This document shows positions 1-8,336 of a DNA stretch of 40,964 nt, in pieces. Made by a program: the position numbers and the translations under genes. The DNA comes from a virus, in the UHGV virus genome UHGV-0254298, one strand, 5' to 3'. The notes below the pieces were generated by a model. That model had not been told where the DNA came from and did no database searches. It saw only the letters and a program-made list of their open reading frames with translations. How positions within the stretch are numbered: position 1 is the first letter of the stretch; each line of letters begins with the position of its first letter.

Positions 1-1018
1 CCTGTTGTAATAGCTTTACTTTCTGGCGCTGTGCCCTCATATTGGTTTCCAGATACCGCTGACGCTGTGTGGCTTCATAAAGGGTATATTCTTTCCCTTT
101 GAACACCTTTTGTCTATCCTCCTTGCGATTCTGCTCTGCCAGCCATCCGTCGCTAAACTGGCGCTCAGATATGCCTGGAATGAACGGGTAATACTCATGG
201 TAACAGTTTGCACCCTGTAGGCCAGTCACAGTCCCAAGACCACATACTGTCACCAGTTCCCGATAGCTCCAAACCTTACCCTGCCATGTTCGATGTGATG
301 GCCTTGCACCAGCATGCCAGTCAACCTCAAAATACTCCGTGTGGAGCTTCTGTGCATTCGCCTGCGATATATGTCCGGTCAGCTGCGAAAGTCCTGTCAT
401 GATGGCCCTGCGAGCTGCTACGTCACACCGGCTGGAATATCCGCTGGCATAATCCACAGTGCGCAGTCCTGAGTTAGTCATCTGGCCTACCACACGGCGG
501 ATAACCGTATTGTAATCAAAGGCGCCAGAAGTAATTTCAACAATGGCATTATCCAGATACTGATTATAGTAATCTGATAACGGGGAAAATACCTTCCTGC
601 CTCCGCCCATATCCACCATGAATCCCATGGACCGGGTGATGTTATACAGTTCATCATTGGATTGCTGTATGAGGCCATTCACAAGCTGCTGTAACTGCTC
701 ATTCTGCTCATATGGGATAAACTCCTCATTGACCTGCTCATAAAGCTCTCTTGACCGGGTGTATTGCTTCTCAACCACTTCGTCATAGAGTTTGAATGTC
801 TCTGGGTAGTCATCACCCACAGCGCTCTTAACAATGTCCTCTATGTCTTTGGTGCTGTTTCCAAGGATGTAATACCGGTTCAGCTGGTAGTCCGCGGAAG
901 ATGTTATCTGTCCTGTTTTCTTAATCCGCCGTACTACATCCTCCATGATGCGGTTCTCCAGGCTGCGGAACTTTCGTTCCAGCCCTACGGTTATGCGGCT
1001 CTCATAAGACCGGTTCAT
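1..1018 (-). CDS. Minor head / head morphogenesis protein, Mu F (SPP1 gp7)-like. This is the N-terminal ~339 codons; the ORF has no stop before the window start and resumes in frame at 40964..40801.
   Basis: ATG at 1018..1016 lies one base after the portal stop. Hand translation gives MNRSYESRITVGLERKFRSLENRIMEDV... and contains EVDWHAGARPSHRTWQGKVW. The frame stays open to position 1 (last residues ...RAQRQKVKLLQQ). Position after portal is typical for Mu F-like genes. Confidence 0.6.
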   Translation of the reverse strand, partial: MNRSYESRITVGLERKFRSLENRIMEDVVRRIKKTGQITSSADYQLNRYYILGNSTKDIEDIVKSAVGDDYPETFKLYDEVVEKQYTRSRELYEQVNEEFIPYEQNEQLQQLVNGLIQQSNDELYNITRSMGFMVDMGGGRKVFSPLSDYYNQYLDNAIVEITSGAFDYNTVIRRVVGQMTNSGLRTVDYASGYSSRCDVAARRAIMTGLSQLTGHISQANAQKLHTEYFEVDWHAGARPSHRTWQGKVWSYRELVTVCGLGTVTGLQGANCYHEYYPFIPGISERQFSDGWLAEQNRKEDRQKVFKGKEYTLYEATQRQRYLETNMRAQRQKVKLLQQ

Positions 1019-1019
1019 G

Positions 1020-2453
1020 TTATGGCATCACCCCTGTCTGCTCCGGTATCCTGGCGGCTGCCTTCTCCTCCGTCTCTCCGTACCACTTAGCACGGTATTC
1101 AGGGAGGGACATTACCCCCATGGACACGTCTTTCCTGTCCTCATTGCGCTCTGTCTGTTTATCCTCAATGATGGAATCATCAAAGTCAATCGTGATATCC
1201 GTATCCTCTTTGAGCCCGGGTATCCTTGCTACCAGTCCCAGGCGGATAATAATGCGGATAAGCTCTTTCAATACCTCATCCAGTATAATCTCATGCTTTT
1301 GGACGGACCGGTACATGTCACTGTTCTCAGATATGACCTGCGTCGCGGTCTGCACATTCCCATTTACAAAGCGGTATCGTTGAGTACCGAAACCGCATTT
1401 AACGGACAGGTAATTAAGGTCGTCGTCTATGGCCTTGCTATGGGCATCCGCACGCAGTTCCATGTTGACTTCTTTAATGGCCTCGTTGGTGTCCTTAAGA
1501 TAATCCTCCGGCAGCCGGTAAAATACCGTATCACTGGTATCAAATGTAGGATTCCCGTATTTATCGTCCAACAGCTCCGGTGCTACAAAAATACGTTTCC
1601 TCCCCAGGTCAAACTCATTTGCATAAGAATCATATGTCAGATCAATCTTTCGCAGAGTATCAACTGCGTTGGCAAACAGTGCAACCCCCATAGGGTTACT
1701 GTCATCCTCGTCTGCATTATTGACGATGTTCAACCGGTCAATGACAAACTGAGGCTTTCCAGAGCCGGTATCTATCCGTTCGGCGAGGCCGGAAAACACC
1801 GGGAGTTGTGACCATTCATCCTTTGTAAGCTCCCAACCTGCTCCGGTCGTGCACTCTACCACGGTATTCTCAATCACATAAAGGCCACCCTCCAAACGAT
1901 GGAATTGTATCTGTGCATATTTCTTCCTTCGGCATGTCTTTTGAAATACAAAAGCACACTCTGTCACTTTCCCGTTCTCCCAGGACAGCGGAAAGATATT
2001 CGGTGCCTCCAGATAGTTGATTTTCACTGTGCCACTCAGAACATTCCCCTGAGCATCCACCTCCGCGTCAGCCAGATAGGGCACATACGCAACTGTTCCT
2101 TTTGCCGCCTTGCGTTCCTGATACTCATTCCCTTTGGTCATAAAATTGTTCTGCCGCAGGACATCCTTTACATAGCTGTCCGTGGTCTGGTCACTTATGG
2201 TTATCTTCACCCGCTCATTCAGCAGTAGGTCAGCCATATCCTCACATACCTTCTTAGCCATCCCCAGGCTATGCCGGCGGCATCTCGTCCAGGTCCCCTG
2301 CCCGCCATAGACGCGATAAAAATGAAACTTCCTCACATTACTCCGGTACCAGCTATCCCATTCCGCAATCTTGCGGTAGAATGAGGCGTCAACCGTATCA
2401 ATATTCTTTTTCTTGAAATACTCAAATATATTCATCCTCATCCTCCTTATCAT
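1020..2453 (-). CDS. Phage portal protein (SPP1 gp6-like)
   Basis: 477 aa. Overlaps the 3' end of terL and precedes the Mu F-like gene, which is the canonical portal position. Confidence 0.8.
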   Translation of the reverse strand: MIRRMRMNIFEYFKKKNIDTVDASFYRKIAEWDSWYRSNVRKFHFYRVYGGQGTWTRCRRHSLGMAKKVCEDMADLLLNERVKITISDQTTDSYVKDVLRQNNFMTKGNEYQERKAAKGTVAYVPYLADAEVDAQGNVLSGTVKINYLEAPNIFPLSWENGKVTECAFVFQKTCRRKKYAQIQFHRLEGGLYVIENTVVECTTGAGWELTKDEWSQLPVFSGLAERIDTGSGKPQFVIDRLNIVNNADEDDSNPMGVALFANAVDTLRKIDLTYDSYANEFDLGRKRIFVAPELLDDKYGNPTFDTSDTVFYRLPEDYLKDTNEAIKEVNMELRADAHSKAIDDDLNYLSVKCGFGTQRYRFVNGNVQTATQVISENSDMYRSVQKHEIILDEVLKELIRIIIRLGLVARIPGLKEDTDITIDFDDSIIEDKQTERNEDRKDVSMGVMSLPEYRAKWYGETEEKAAARIPEQTGVMP

Positions 2454-3810
2454 TCAATGGATTTCTGATTATTTCTTCGTACTCCTTTGCCGGCAGATAG
2501 GGTTTTAATTTGCTCCACATCCCCATAACCAGATAGCGTATAGCGTCCATACAGTGGTCGTCCACCTTAACAGGTTCTTCTTTCCCGCGTTCTGTTGATT
2601 CTTTGTCATACTCGTAGGTCCCGAATTCATCAATTGCGTTCTGCTGCCTTGGCGATACGGTCAGCATGCCGAAAGTCAGGAGCTTCTGTACACGGGATAT
2701 TCCAAGCTTTACGTCATTGTCAGCTTCGCGTATCAATATAGTGTATTCGCAGTCCATGGTTTCCCTCTTGATTTCCTCCGCCAGTCCTTTTGCAGACGGG
2801 TCCAGATATAAATAAAAATAACTGCACGAATATGTTTCATGTAGTTGGTCCGTGAATGTGATAAAGTCCTTTGCGTATATGGATGGGCTCTTTTGTTTAC
2901 CCGATTCCCGGCCGGAATGGAAATACTCATCCAGGCCTGTAAGCCTGTGCTCATATTCGTCAAAGCCAAATGCCTGAAATGTGGTGGCGTTCTGCTGTCC
3001 GTAGTCACCGCCAATGCCAATAACTCTGTAATGTTCTTTTTCTGGTTTGTCCTTATGCCGGTCGGAGAACATGTAGTAGATAACCTCATCCACACCTATG
3101 CTCTGTCCCAGCCATACCCAACGGTACTGTTTTTCGTCGGCCAGGCGCATTACCTCAGCGGAATCAATCAGGTCCTGTCCCAGCCAATCAGGCGGTACAT
3201 CCCGGTAATCCGTGTGGATATGAATGCAGTCATCACGCTGCTCCATCTTACGGCACCACTTATTGATGGGGGCATTTGGATTCTTCGGAGGATTGTATAG
3301 ATAAATCATCTGGAATCCACCGTGGTTCCCACGGATAAAGGTCGCCTCAATGTTTGCCAGTTCATCCTCGCCCTCGCCGTCGTCAAAGAACTCGGTCAGC
3401 TCATCAAGGATAACCAACTTGATAGGCTTATCTTCGTCAATGATGCCCTTTGTATCGTCGATGCCATCAGAACCAGCGAAGTACATTGTTGTTCCGTATT
3501 TTTTATAGGTTATCTCCATAGGGGACTTCCCAATCTTGAATGCGCTCTTTTTGACCCCCAAACGATTGATGCCTCGGAGCATCTCCTTGTATACAGTCTT
3601 ACGCAGTTTGTTGTGATGCTTACGCAGGACCACTACGGAGCCGTTCCTATCACTGATTAATTGATAGTCAGCCCGGACAGCTGCATAGCTTGACTTCGTG
3701 CCGGCGCGCCCGGATGTCAGTATGATGTGCTTGTGCCTTGTATCGTTAAAAATCGGTAGGTATTTCGGTATCACTATCTCCGATATCTTGACCTGTTTCT
3801 TTGGGCGCAT
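2422..3810 (-). CDS. terL: Terminase large subunit (PBSX-type)
   Basis: 462 aa. N-terminal Walker A 'ILTSGRAGTKSS', acidic ATPase motif 'VILDEL', C-terminal nuclease region with conserved D residues. Lies between terS and portal. Confidence 0.88.
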   Translation of the reverse strand: MRPKKQVKISEIVIPKYLPIFNDTRHKHIILTSGRAGTKSSYAAVRADYQLISDRNGSVVVLRKHHNKLRKTVYKEMLRGINRLGVKKSAFKIGKSPMEITYKKYGTTMYFAGSDGIDDTKGIIDEDKPIKLVILDELTEFFDDGEGEDELANIEATFIRGNHGGFQMIYLYNPPKNPNAPINKWCRKMEQRDDCIHIHTDYRDVPPDWLGQDLIDSAEVMRLADEKQYRWVWLGQSIGVDEVIYYMFSDRHKDKPEKEHYRVIGIGGDYGQQNATTFQAFGFDEYEHRLTGLDEYFHSGRESGKQKSPSIYAKDFITFTDQLHETYSCSYFYLYLDPSAKGLAEEIKRETMDCEYTILIREADNDVKLGISRVQKLLTFGMLTVSPRQQNAIDEFGTYEYDKESTERGKEEPVKVDDHCMDAIRYLVMGMWSKLKPYLPAKEYEEIIRNPLNDKEDEDEYI

Positions 3811-4234
3811 CGTTCACCACCTCCACGCCGTCATCCTCCTCCGGGGATGTCTCCCTGCGCATCCGCTCCGTGTCTGCCTTTAGCTGCTCCATCCGTATCT
3901 TCTGCTCCTCCAGGTCCGTCTCGGACTTGGAAGTCTGCCCCAACACGTCCTTGATGGCCATGAAAGCCTTCACATCCCCGCGCATGGCCTTTTCAATCAT
4001 GGCCATAGTAATAATCTCCTCATAGGTGCTTTCGCCCCCATCAGCACGCAATATATCAGACAGGCCTTCAACCTCAACTTTCATAGTCAAAAGCCGGTTC
4101 ATTGTATCTCTCATGGCGGCCTTTCGCCTCCGGGCCTCACCGGATGCCTTACCGCCTGCTATGGCAATTTCTCGCTGTTCCCTCGCTGTTCGCTCATGGA
4201 AACCATGCCCATTTAAGTTTTCATTGTTTGCCAT
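3746..4234 (-). CDS. terS: Terminase small subunit
   Basis: ATG at 4234 preceded by GAAGGTGAGGTG. Basic N-terminal DNA-binding region 'FHERTAREQREIAIAGGKASGEARRRKAAMRD' and acidic C-terminus. Immediately upstream of and overlapping terL. Confidence 0.55.
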   Translation of the reverse strand: MANNENLNGHGFHERTAREQREIAIAGGKASGEARRRKAAMRDTMNRLLTMKVEVEGLSDILRADGGESTYEEIITMAMIEKAMRGDVKAFMAIKDVLGQTSKSETDLEEQKIRMEQLKADTERMRRETSPEEDDGVEVVNDAPKETGQDIGDSDTEIPTDF

Positions 4235-4391
4235 CACCTCACCTTCCAATCCTGGCTATCCTCTCCGCAAAAGGAGGCCCCGTTCGCCCTAAGTTTCAGG
4301 CGCCGGGAAATGGGGTAACAAAAAGGCCTTCCGTCTCCGGAAAGCCCAATTTCTTTCTTACAATATATCACACCTTTATAGTCACATTCCA

Positions 4392-4820
4392 TCACATTGT
4401 GAAATTTTTTAATGCCTTGGCGTGTATGCGGTGAATGTGCTGCCAGCTGTGCTTCATTTCGTTGCAAATCTTCTCCCACTTCATTCCCTGAATATACCGG
4501 TATGTAAGCAGATCCTTCTCCCTCTCATCCTCCATAGCCTCAATCCGCCTCTGTACCTCCTGGAATGCGCATATCCGACTGTACCGGGCTGCAACCAGTT
4601 CCTGCTCTATCTCGTCCACCTTCACTGCGTAATCAGACAGGTCCTTCTTATCCGTCCCGTGCGGCATCCCGTCATTCGTGACGGAAGGAGACATTTTATT
4701 CTGTCTTAGTTCCTCCAGTTGCTCTTCCAGGCGCCGGACCCGCCGCTTCTCCTTCTGATAGGACATTAGGAATTCCTTCTTCTTTTCGTTTTCTGTTTTT
4801 TCCTTGTCCACCGGTATCAC
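4392..4820 (-). CDS. Putative late-gene transcriptional regulator, ArpU/DUF1492-like (sigma-70 region-4-like C-terminus)
   Basis: 142 aa. C-terminus 'LLTYRYIQGMKWEKICNEMKHSWQHIHRIHAKALKNF' resembles a sigma region-4 HTH. Lies just upstream of terS. Confidence 0.4.
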   Translation of the reverse strand: MIPVDKEKTENEKKKEFLMSYQKEKRRVRRLEEQLEELRQNKMSPSVTNDGMPHGTDKKDLSDYAVKVDEIEQELVAARYSRICAFQEVQRRIEAMEDEREKDLLTYRYIQGMKWEKICNEMKHSWQHIHRIHAKALKNFTM

Positions 4821-5350
4821 CTCCCTGCTCTCGGTATGTATGTGCGCTCACCCATCAGGTACTCTTCCTCCTTGCGCTGCTGTCCCAACAGCTGGCGCAT
4901 CCGGTTTAAGGTATCACGGTTTTTTGGCTCATTAAAGAACTCCACAACCTTTTCATTCATCAGGACTATATCTTTATTCTCCCTACGGTTTCTTCTGCTG
5001 CGCTGCAGTTTCGTAGCTACGCGATTTCGTTCGGCCTTATCTTTGGCAAACTCCATCTCATGCAGCAGGTCCTGCAGGCGCTTATCTTCCTCCCCTACCA
5101 TGTCATAGGCATACTTGTATTCCTGCCTGCATGCATTGATGTAGTTTAGAAACCTCTCAAGCTCTTCTGCCGGGTTTTTCTGCTTTCCCAATAAAAACAC
5201 ACGCCTCCTTGCCTTAAAATCTATTCTCGTCCATTCTGATGCGTTACAGGGGCATTTCAGGCTTGTTTTATCTATACTCGTTTTGCCACAATCGGTATCC
5301 TGCTCAAATCGTACCCGCATCCCTTCAACGCTTGCGTCACCCTGTCCCAC
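4817..5350 (-). CDS. Hypothetical protein (start uncertain; overlaps the upstream ORF)
   Basis: Minus-strand ORF in the late-regulatory cluster with a basic, coiled-coil-like C-terminus. No family recognised. Confidence 0.35.
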   Translation of the reverse strand: MGQGDASVEGMRVRFEQDTDCGKTSIDKTSLKCPCNASEWTRIDFKARRRVFLLGKQKNPAEELERFLNYINACRQEYKYAYDMVGEEDKRLQDLLHEMEFAKDKAERNRVATKLQRSRRNRRENKDIVLMNEKVVEFFNEPKNRDTLNRMRQLLGQQRKEEEYLMGERTYIPRAGR

Positions 5351-5556
5351 TCATCGGCCTGTTCTGACGCGTTCCCGTCATCCACCCTCACAAAGGTATA
5401 TCGCTTCTGGTACAGGATACCCACATCACTGTAATGCTCTATCTGTTGCCGGTGCCGGATGCCCAGCATTACCATCAGCTCCGCTGCTCTGTACCGGCCA
5501 TCATACCGACCACAATCATACAGGTCATAGTACACAGGTCTTGATGCCATGTACAA
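5272..5556 (-). CDS. Hypothetical protein
   Basis: 94-aa ORF co-oriented with its neighbours. Confidence 0.3.
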   Translation of the reverse strand: MYMASRPVYYDLYDCGRYDGRYRAAELMVMLGIRHRQQIEHYSDVGILYQKRYTFVRVDDGNASEQADEWDRVTQALKGCGYDLSRIPIVAKRV

Positions 5557-5725
5557 TCACTCCCTTCGGCGGCCGGCGCAGCTCCGGAACCGGACACAGG
5601 CTGGTGTACATGTACGGCGGCGCCGTCCGGATGCGCTCCTTGATTGCCTCGTCGGCCCGGGCGGCCAGGGCCTTGCTGCGGTCGATGCGACTGACCTTGA
5701 ACTGCTTACTGCCTTTCTTTCTCAT
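5525..5725 (-). CDS. Hypothetical small basic protein
   Basis: 66 aa. RBS-like GGAGG upstream of the ATG. Confidence 0.3.
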   Translation of the reverse strand: MRKKGSKQFKVSRIDRSKALAARADEAIKERIRTAPPYMYTSLCPVPELRRPPKGVIVHGIKTCVL

Positions 5726-5734
5726 ACCTGCCTC

Positions 5735-5977
5735 CTAATCATCCGCATCAATTAATATCTCTTTCTCTAAATCTCCGCCAGCATTCAGGATATCCACCAC
5801 AGTAGCCATAGCTATGGGCCTGTACTTTTTCTTTGGATACTGCTGGAACACCCCGCCGTCAGAGTTATAACCGTAGGTATCAAAATACTTGTTAGCAATA
5901 CGCTTATCCATCCGAACGGAACTGTTAGTCAGTTTCACCTTAACACCATCGGGGTATGTAAATATAATCTTCCACAT
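5735..5977 (-). CDS. Hypothetical protein
   Basis: 80-aa ORF packed between neighbours. Confidence 0.35.
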   Translation of the reverse strand: MWKIIFTYPDGVKVKLTNSSVRMDKRIANKYFDTYGYNSDGGVFQQYPKKKYRPIAMATVVDILNAGGDLEKEILIDADD

Positions 5978-6010
5978 AATTTAATCTCCCTTCGTATCGA
6001 AAATGTCAGT

Positions 6011-6322
6011 TTAGCGTATTATAACGCTCTTCCCCTCTTTGTCCGTAATATCCACTGAAATCGTCATTCTTCCGAACGTGCCCATTACCCTGTCTCTGAT
6101 TTCTTCACGGACAATACTTCTTGCGCTTTTATCTATGCACTGTTCAATTTTATTTGATATAGCATCACTTGTATTTGTCTCATGCAGCGCTTGAAATATT
6201 GCCCTTTTAAGTTCTTCTTGTAGAACCTCTTTAACCATATCCTTTAACGTGTTTTTATTGATTCCTGCTTCATTAAGCATCTGCCTTACTTCCTGCCTAA
6301 TGGCAATCTGTTCTACAGTCAT
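6011..6322 (-). CDS. Hypothetical protein
   Basis: 103-aa ORF. Confidence 0.4.
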   Translation of the reverse strand: MTVEQIAIRQEVRQMLNEAGINKNTLKDMVKEVLQEELKRAIFQALHETNTSDAISNKIEQCIDKSARSIVREEIRDRVMGTFGRMTISVDITDKEGKSVIIR

Positions 6323-6362
6323 ATACTTTTCCTTTCCGGCAATCGCCTAAATGTTAATTTAG

Positions 6363-7073
6363 TTAAGTAATCCATGCTTCCTGCGGCAGCGCATCTGTAT
6401 ACCGTTTCCAGTCCTGCGATTCTTTGCTATGTTCACTCATAGAGTACATATCTTTGCTCACTGATTCATACAACTTCTCGATTTCCCTGACCACCTGGAG
6501 GTATCCGGTATTCTGGTCTCGCAAAATATCTATTGCCGCTTTCATGCTGTCGTACCGGTTCCGCAGGCCGATATATGCCTGATAAACTTTAAAACACTGT
6601 CTTGCAGCCGCAATCAGTTCATCTTTTGTCATCTGCTTTAGCCTTCTCTTTGCCTCATCCTCTGCAAATGCATCATCCGCGTAGGACAATCCGAAGTAAT
6701 CCCCTTCAAAAGAATCCCACCCTAGAAGTCCTCCACTAGAATCCGCCGCTCCAGCAGACACGAAGAATATGTCAAAACATTCCGGAACCCACTCTTCCTG
6801 CAGGTCATCTATCATCAGTTCGCATTCTGCACACAAATCAGCAAAGGCCATTTTAAATTCATATGCTTCATCCTCATCTCCTGCAAGTGCATTTATGAGA
6901 GAATCTTCTCCGTCGTCAGAGTCTGTAAACCATCTTATTTCCTCACATTCTTCCTGAATGTCCCATAAGTCCTGTGTAATAAAATCCAGATTCAAGTTCT
7001 TCACTATGGGTTTTTTGTATCGGAGATTCTTAGCTTTCTGTCTCCGTGTTTCCTCTGCGTTAATCATGCTCAT
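6363..7073 (-). CDS. Hypothetical acidic protein
   Basis: 236 aa, D/E-rich central region. Lies directly downstream of the methyltransferase in the same operon. Confidence 0.45.
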   Translation of the reverse strand: MSMINAEETRRQKAKNLRYKKPIVKNLNLDFITQDLWDIQEECEEIRWFTDSDDGEDSLINALAGDEDEAYEFKMAFADLCAECELMIDDLQEEWVPECFDIFFVSAGAADSSGGLLGWDSFEGDYFGLSYADDAFAEDEAKRRLKQMTKDELIAAARQCFKVYQAYIGLRNRYDSMKAAIDILRDQNTGYLQVVREIEKLYESVSKDMYSMSEHSKESQDWKRYTDALPQEAWIT

Positions 7074-7087
7074 GCCTCACTCAAATC

Positions 7088-7885
7088 TTAATTTTGAATC
7101 CTTGTTTCTATCTCTGCTATTGCTTTAAAAATCGGGTAAAACTGTGGTGGTGCTACTGCATTTCCGTAGCACTGCATCCGTTCTTTGTATTCCTTATATC
7201 CCCCCATCCAATCGGAAATCCCATCATCCATTCCGCAAACTGGGGGTTGATGTACTGCCCAATACGTTCCGGGCAGATAATTCCAAGGCTGCTGCATAAA
7301 GTTTGGCCATGTTTTCCGCTGTGTTCCTGTGGTGTCTGTTTTCTGATAGGCTTGTAGTCTTGACTTGCCCTTGGAGATGCCAAGAATACAAACCCGGTAT
7401 CTTTCATGGTGCGCTCCGACAGCACAAGCCGGTATACTGTACGTCCTGACTTCGTAGCCCTCTGTTTCCAGGTCGGTGCATACGGACTCATGTATTGTTG
7501 ATAGTATCCCATTAACGTTTTCTCCAATAACGTATTTTGGGTTAAGTTCTCGGACCACGCGCATGTACTCTGGCCACAAATGCCGTTCATCATTTTCTGC
7601 GAGCCTTTTTCCGATAACGCTATGCGGCTGGCAGGGGAATCCTCCTGAAATAATGTCAACTGTTCGTAATCCTGTCTGTTCATAAAAATCCTTTCCGTTC
7701 AGTGTTCTGATATCTTTCCAGCGCGGCACATCCGGCCAGTGTTTTTCCAGGACCTTTGTGGGGTAGTCTGCCCATTCACATTGTCCTACTGTTTGGATTC
7801 CAGCTAACTCAGCCGCCAGATCCAAGCCACCTATGCCTGAAAATAATGATAGATGCGTCAGCATATCTGCCTCCTTATCACTCAA
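7088..7885 (-). CDS. DNA (cytosine-5)-methyltransferase, small orphan MTase (likely anti-restriction)
   Basis: Motif I 'LFSGIGGLDLA', motif IV 'GGFPCQPHS', motif VI 'GENVNG', motif VIII 'HERYRVCILG', motif X 'YGNAV'. Motif IX is legible only in the alternate frame (see findings). No cognate endonuclease nearby. Confidence 0.85.
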   Translation of the reverse strand: MSDKEADMLTHLSLFSGIGGLDLAAELAGIQTVGQCEWADYPTKVLEKHWPDVPRWKDIRTLNGKDFYEQTGLRTVDIISGGFPCQPHSVIGKRLAENDERHLWPEYMRVVRELNPKYVIGENVNGILSTIHESVCTDLETEGYEVRTYSIPACAVGAHHERYRVCILGISKGKSRLQAYQKTDTTGTQRKTWPNFMQQPWNYLPGTYWAVHQPPVCGMDDGISDWMGGYKEYKERMQCYGNAVAPPQFYPIFKAIAEIETRIQN

Positions 7886-7893
7886 ATTTCGAT

Positions 7894-8241
7894 TTATGAT
7901 AACAACTTATCCACATCCTTCAGTATGCCTTCATACCGTTCGGCCAGCTTTTGGTGTTCGCCCATCTCTCTTTTATATCGAACGGTCTTTGCCTTGCAGC
8001 GGCTTACATCCTTCTTTGCATTGGTCAGCTTTTCCTTGTCTCTGGTGTACACGGCATAACAGGGGCTCTGCATCCGCTCATACATCTCCTGCAGTTCTGA
8101 CAGCTCCGTACGGCAGTCCACATACTTCTTCGCAAAGGCTTTAGCCCGGTCTGTCTCATCCGGCCTTCTGCCCGTGAGCCATTCCCTGATCTCTCTGGCG
8201 TTCTTCTCATCCGGCCAGGAAGCTCTTACCCACTTAAGCAT
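7894..8241 (-). CDS. Hypothetical protein
   Basis: 115-aa ORF between the MTase and the SNF2 helicase. Confidence 0.4.
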   Translation of the reverse strand: MLKWVRASWPDEKNAREIREWLTGRRPDETDRAKAFAKKYVDCRTELSELQEMYERMQSPCYAVYTRDKEKLTNAKKDVSRCKAKTVRYKREMGEHQKLAERYEGILKDVDKLLS

Positions 8242-8254
8242 TTTACGTATCTGT

Positions 8255-8288
8255 GGCCTTCTGGCCTCCTGGCCTCCTGGCCTCCTGG
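8255..8288. repeat. Tandem 8-mer repeat (GGCCTYCT) x4 in an intergenic region
   Basis: ggccttct ggcctcct ggcctcct ggcctcct gg read directly. On the minus strand this is (AGGAGGCC)n, i.e. tandem SD-like motifs. Confidence 0.9.
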
Positions 8289-8336
8289 AAGAAAGTCTCT
8301 AAGTTTATCTCCATCCTCCCGTTTGGGATGTTGAAT

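Noticed and set aside
1017-1811. 264-aa plus-strand ORF antisense to the portal gene (also 764..1090, 1120..1383)
   Set aside because: It lies entirely inside the well-supported minus-strand portal/MuF genes. The product is low-complexity and hydrophobic and there is no RBS. It is a typical antisense shadow ORF.
7153-7683. 176-aa alternate-frame ORF inside the methyltransferase gene as a separate overlapping gene
   Set aside because: The primary frame carries motifs I-VIII across the same DNA. Most of the alternate frame is a shadow, and its apparent MTase-like upstream stretches coincide with real motifs in the main frame. Only its 3' part (motif IX region) is informative, and I used it as frameshift evidence rather than as a gene.
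8255-8288. Possible CRISPR array at the GGCCTCCT repeats
   Set aside because: The units are 8 bp, strictly tandem, without spacers, and only 4 copies. No cas genes are present. It is a simple-sequence repeat.
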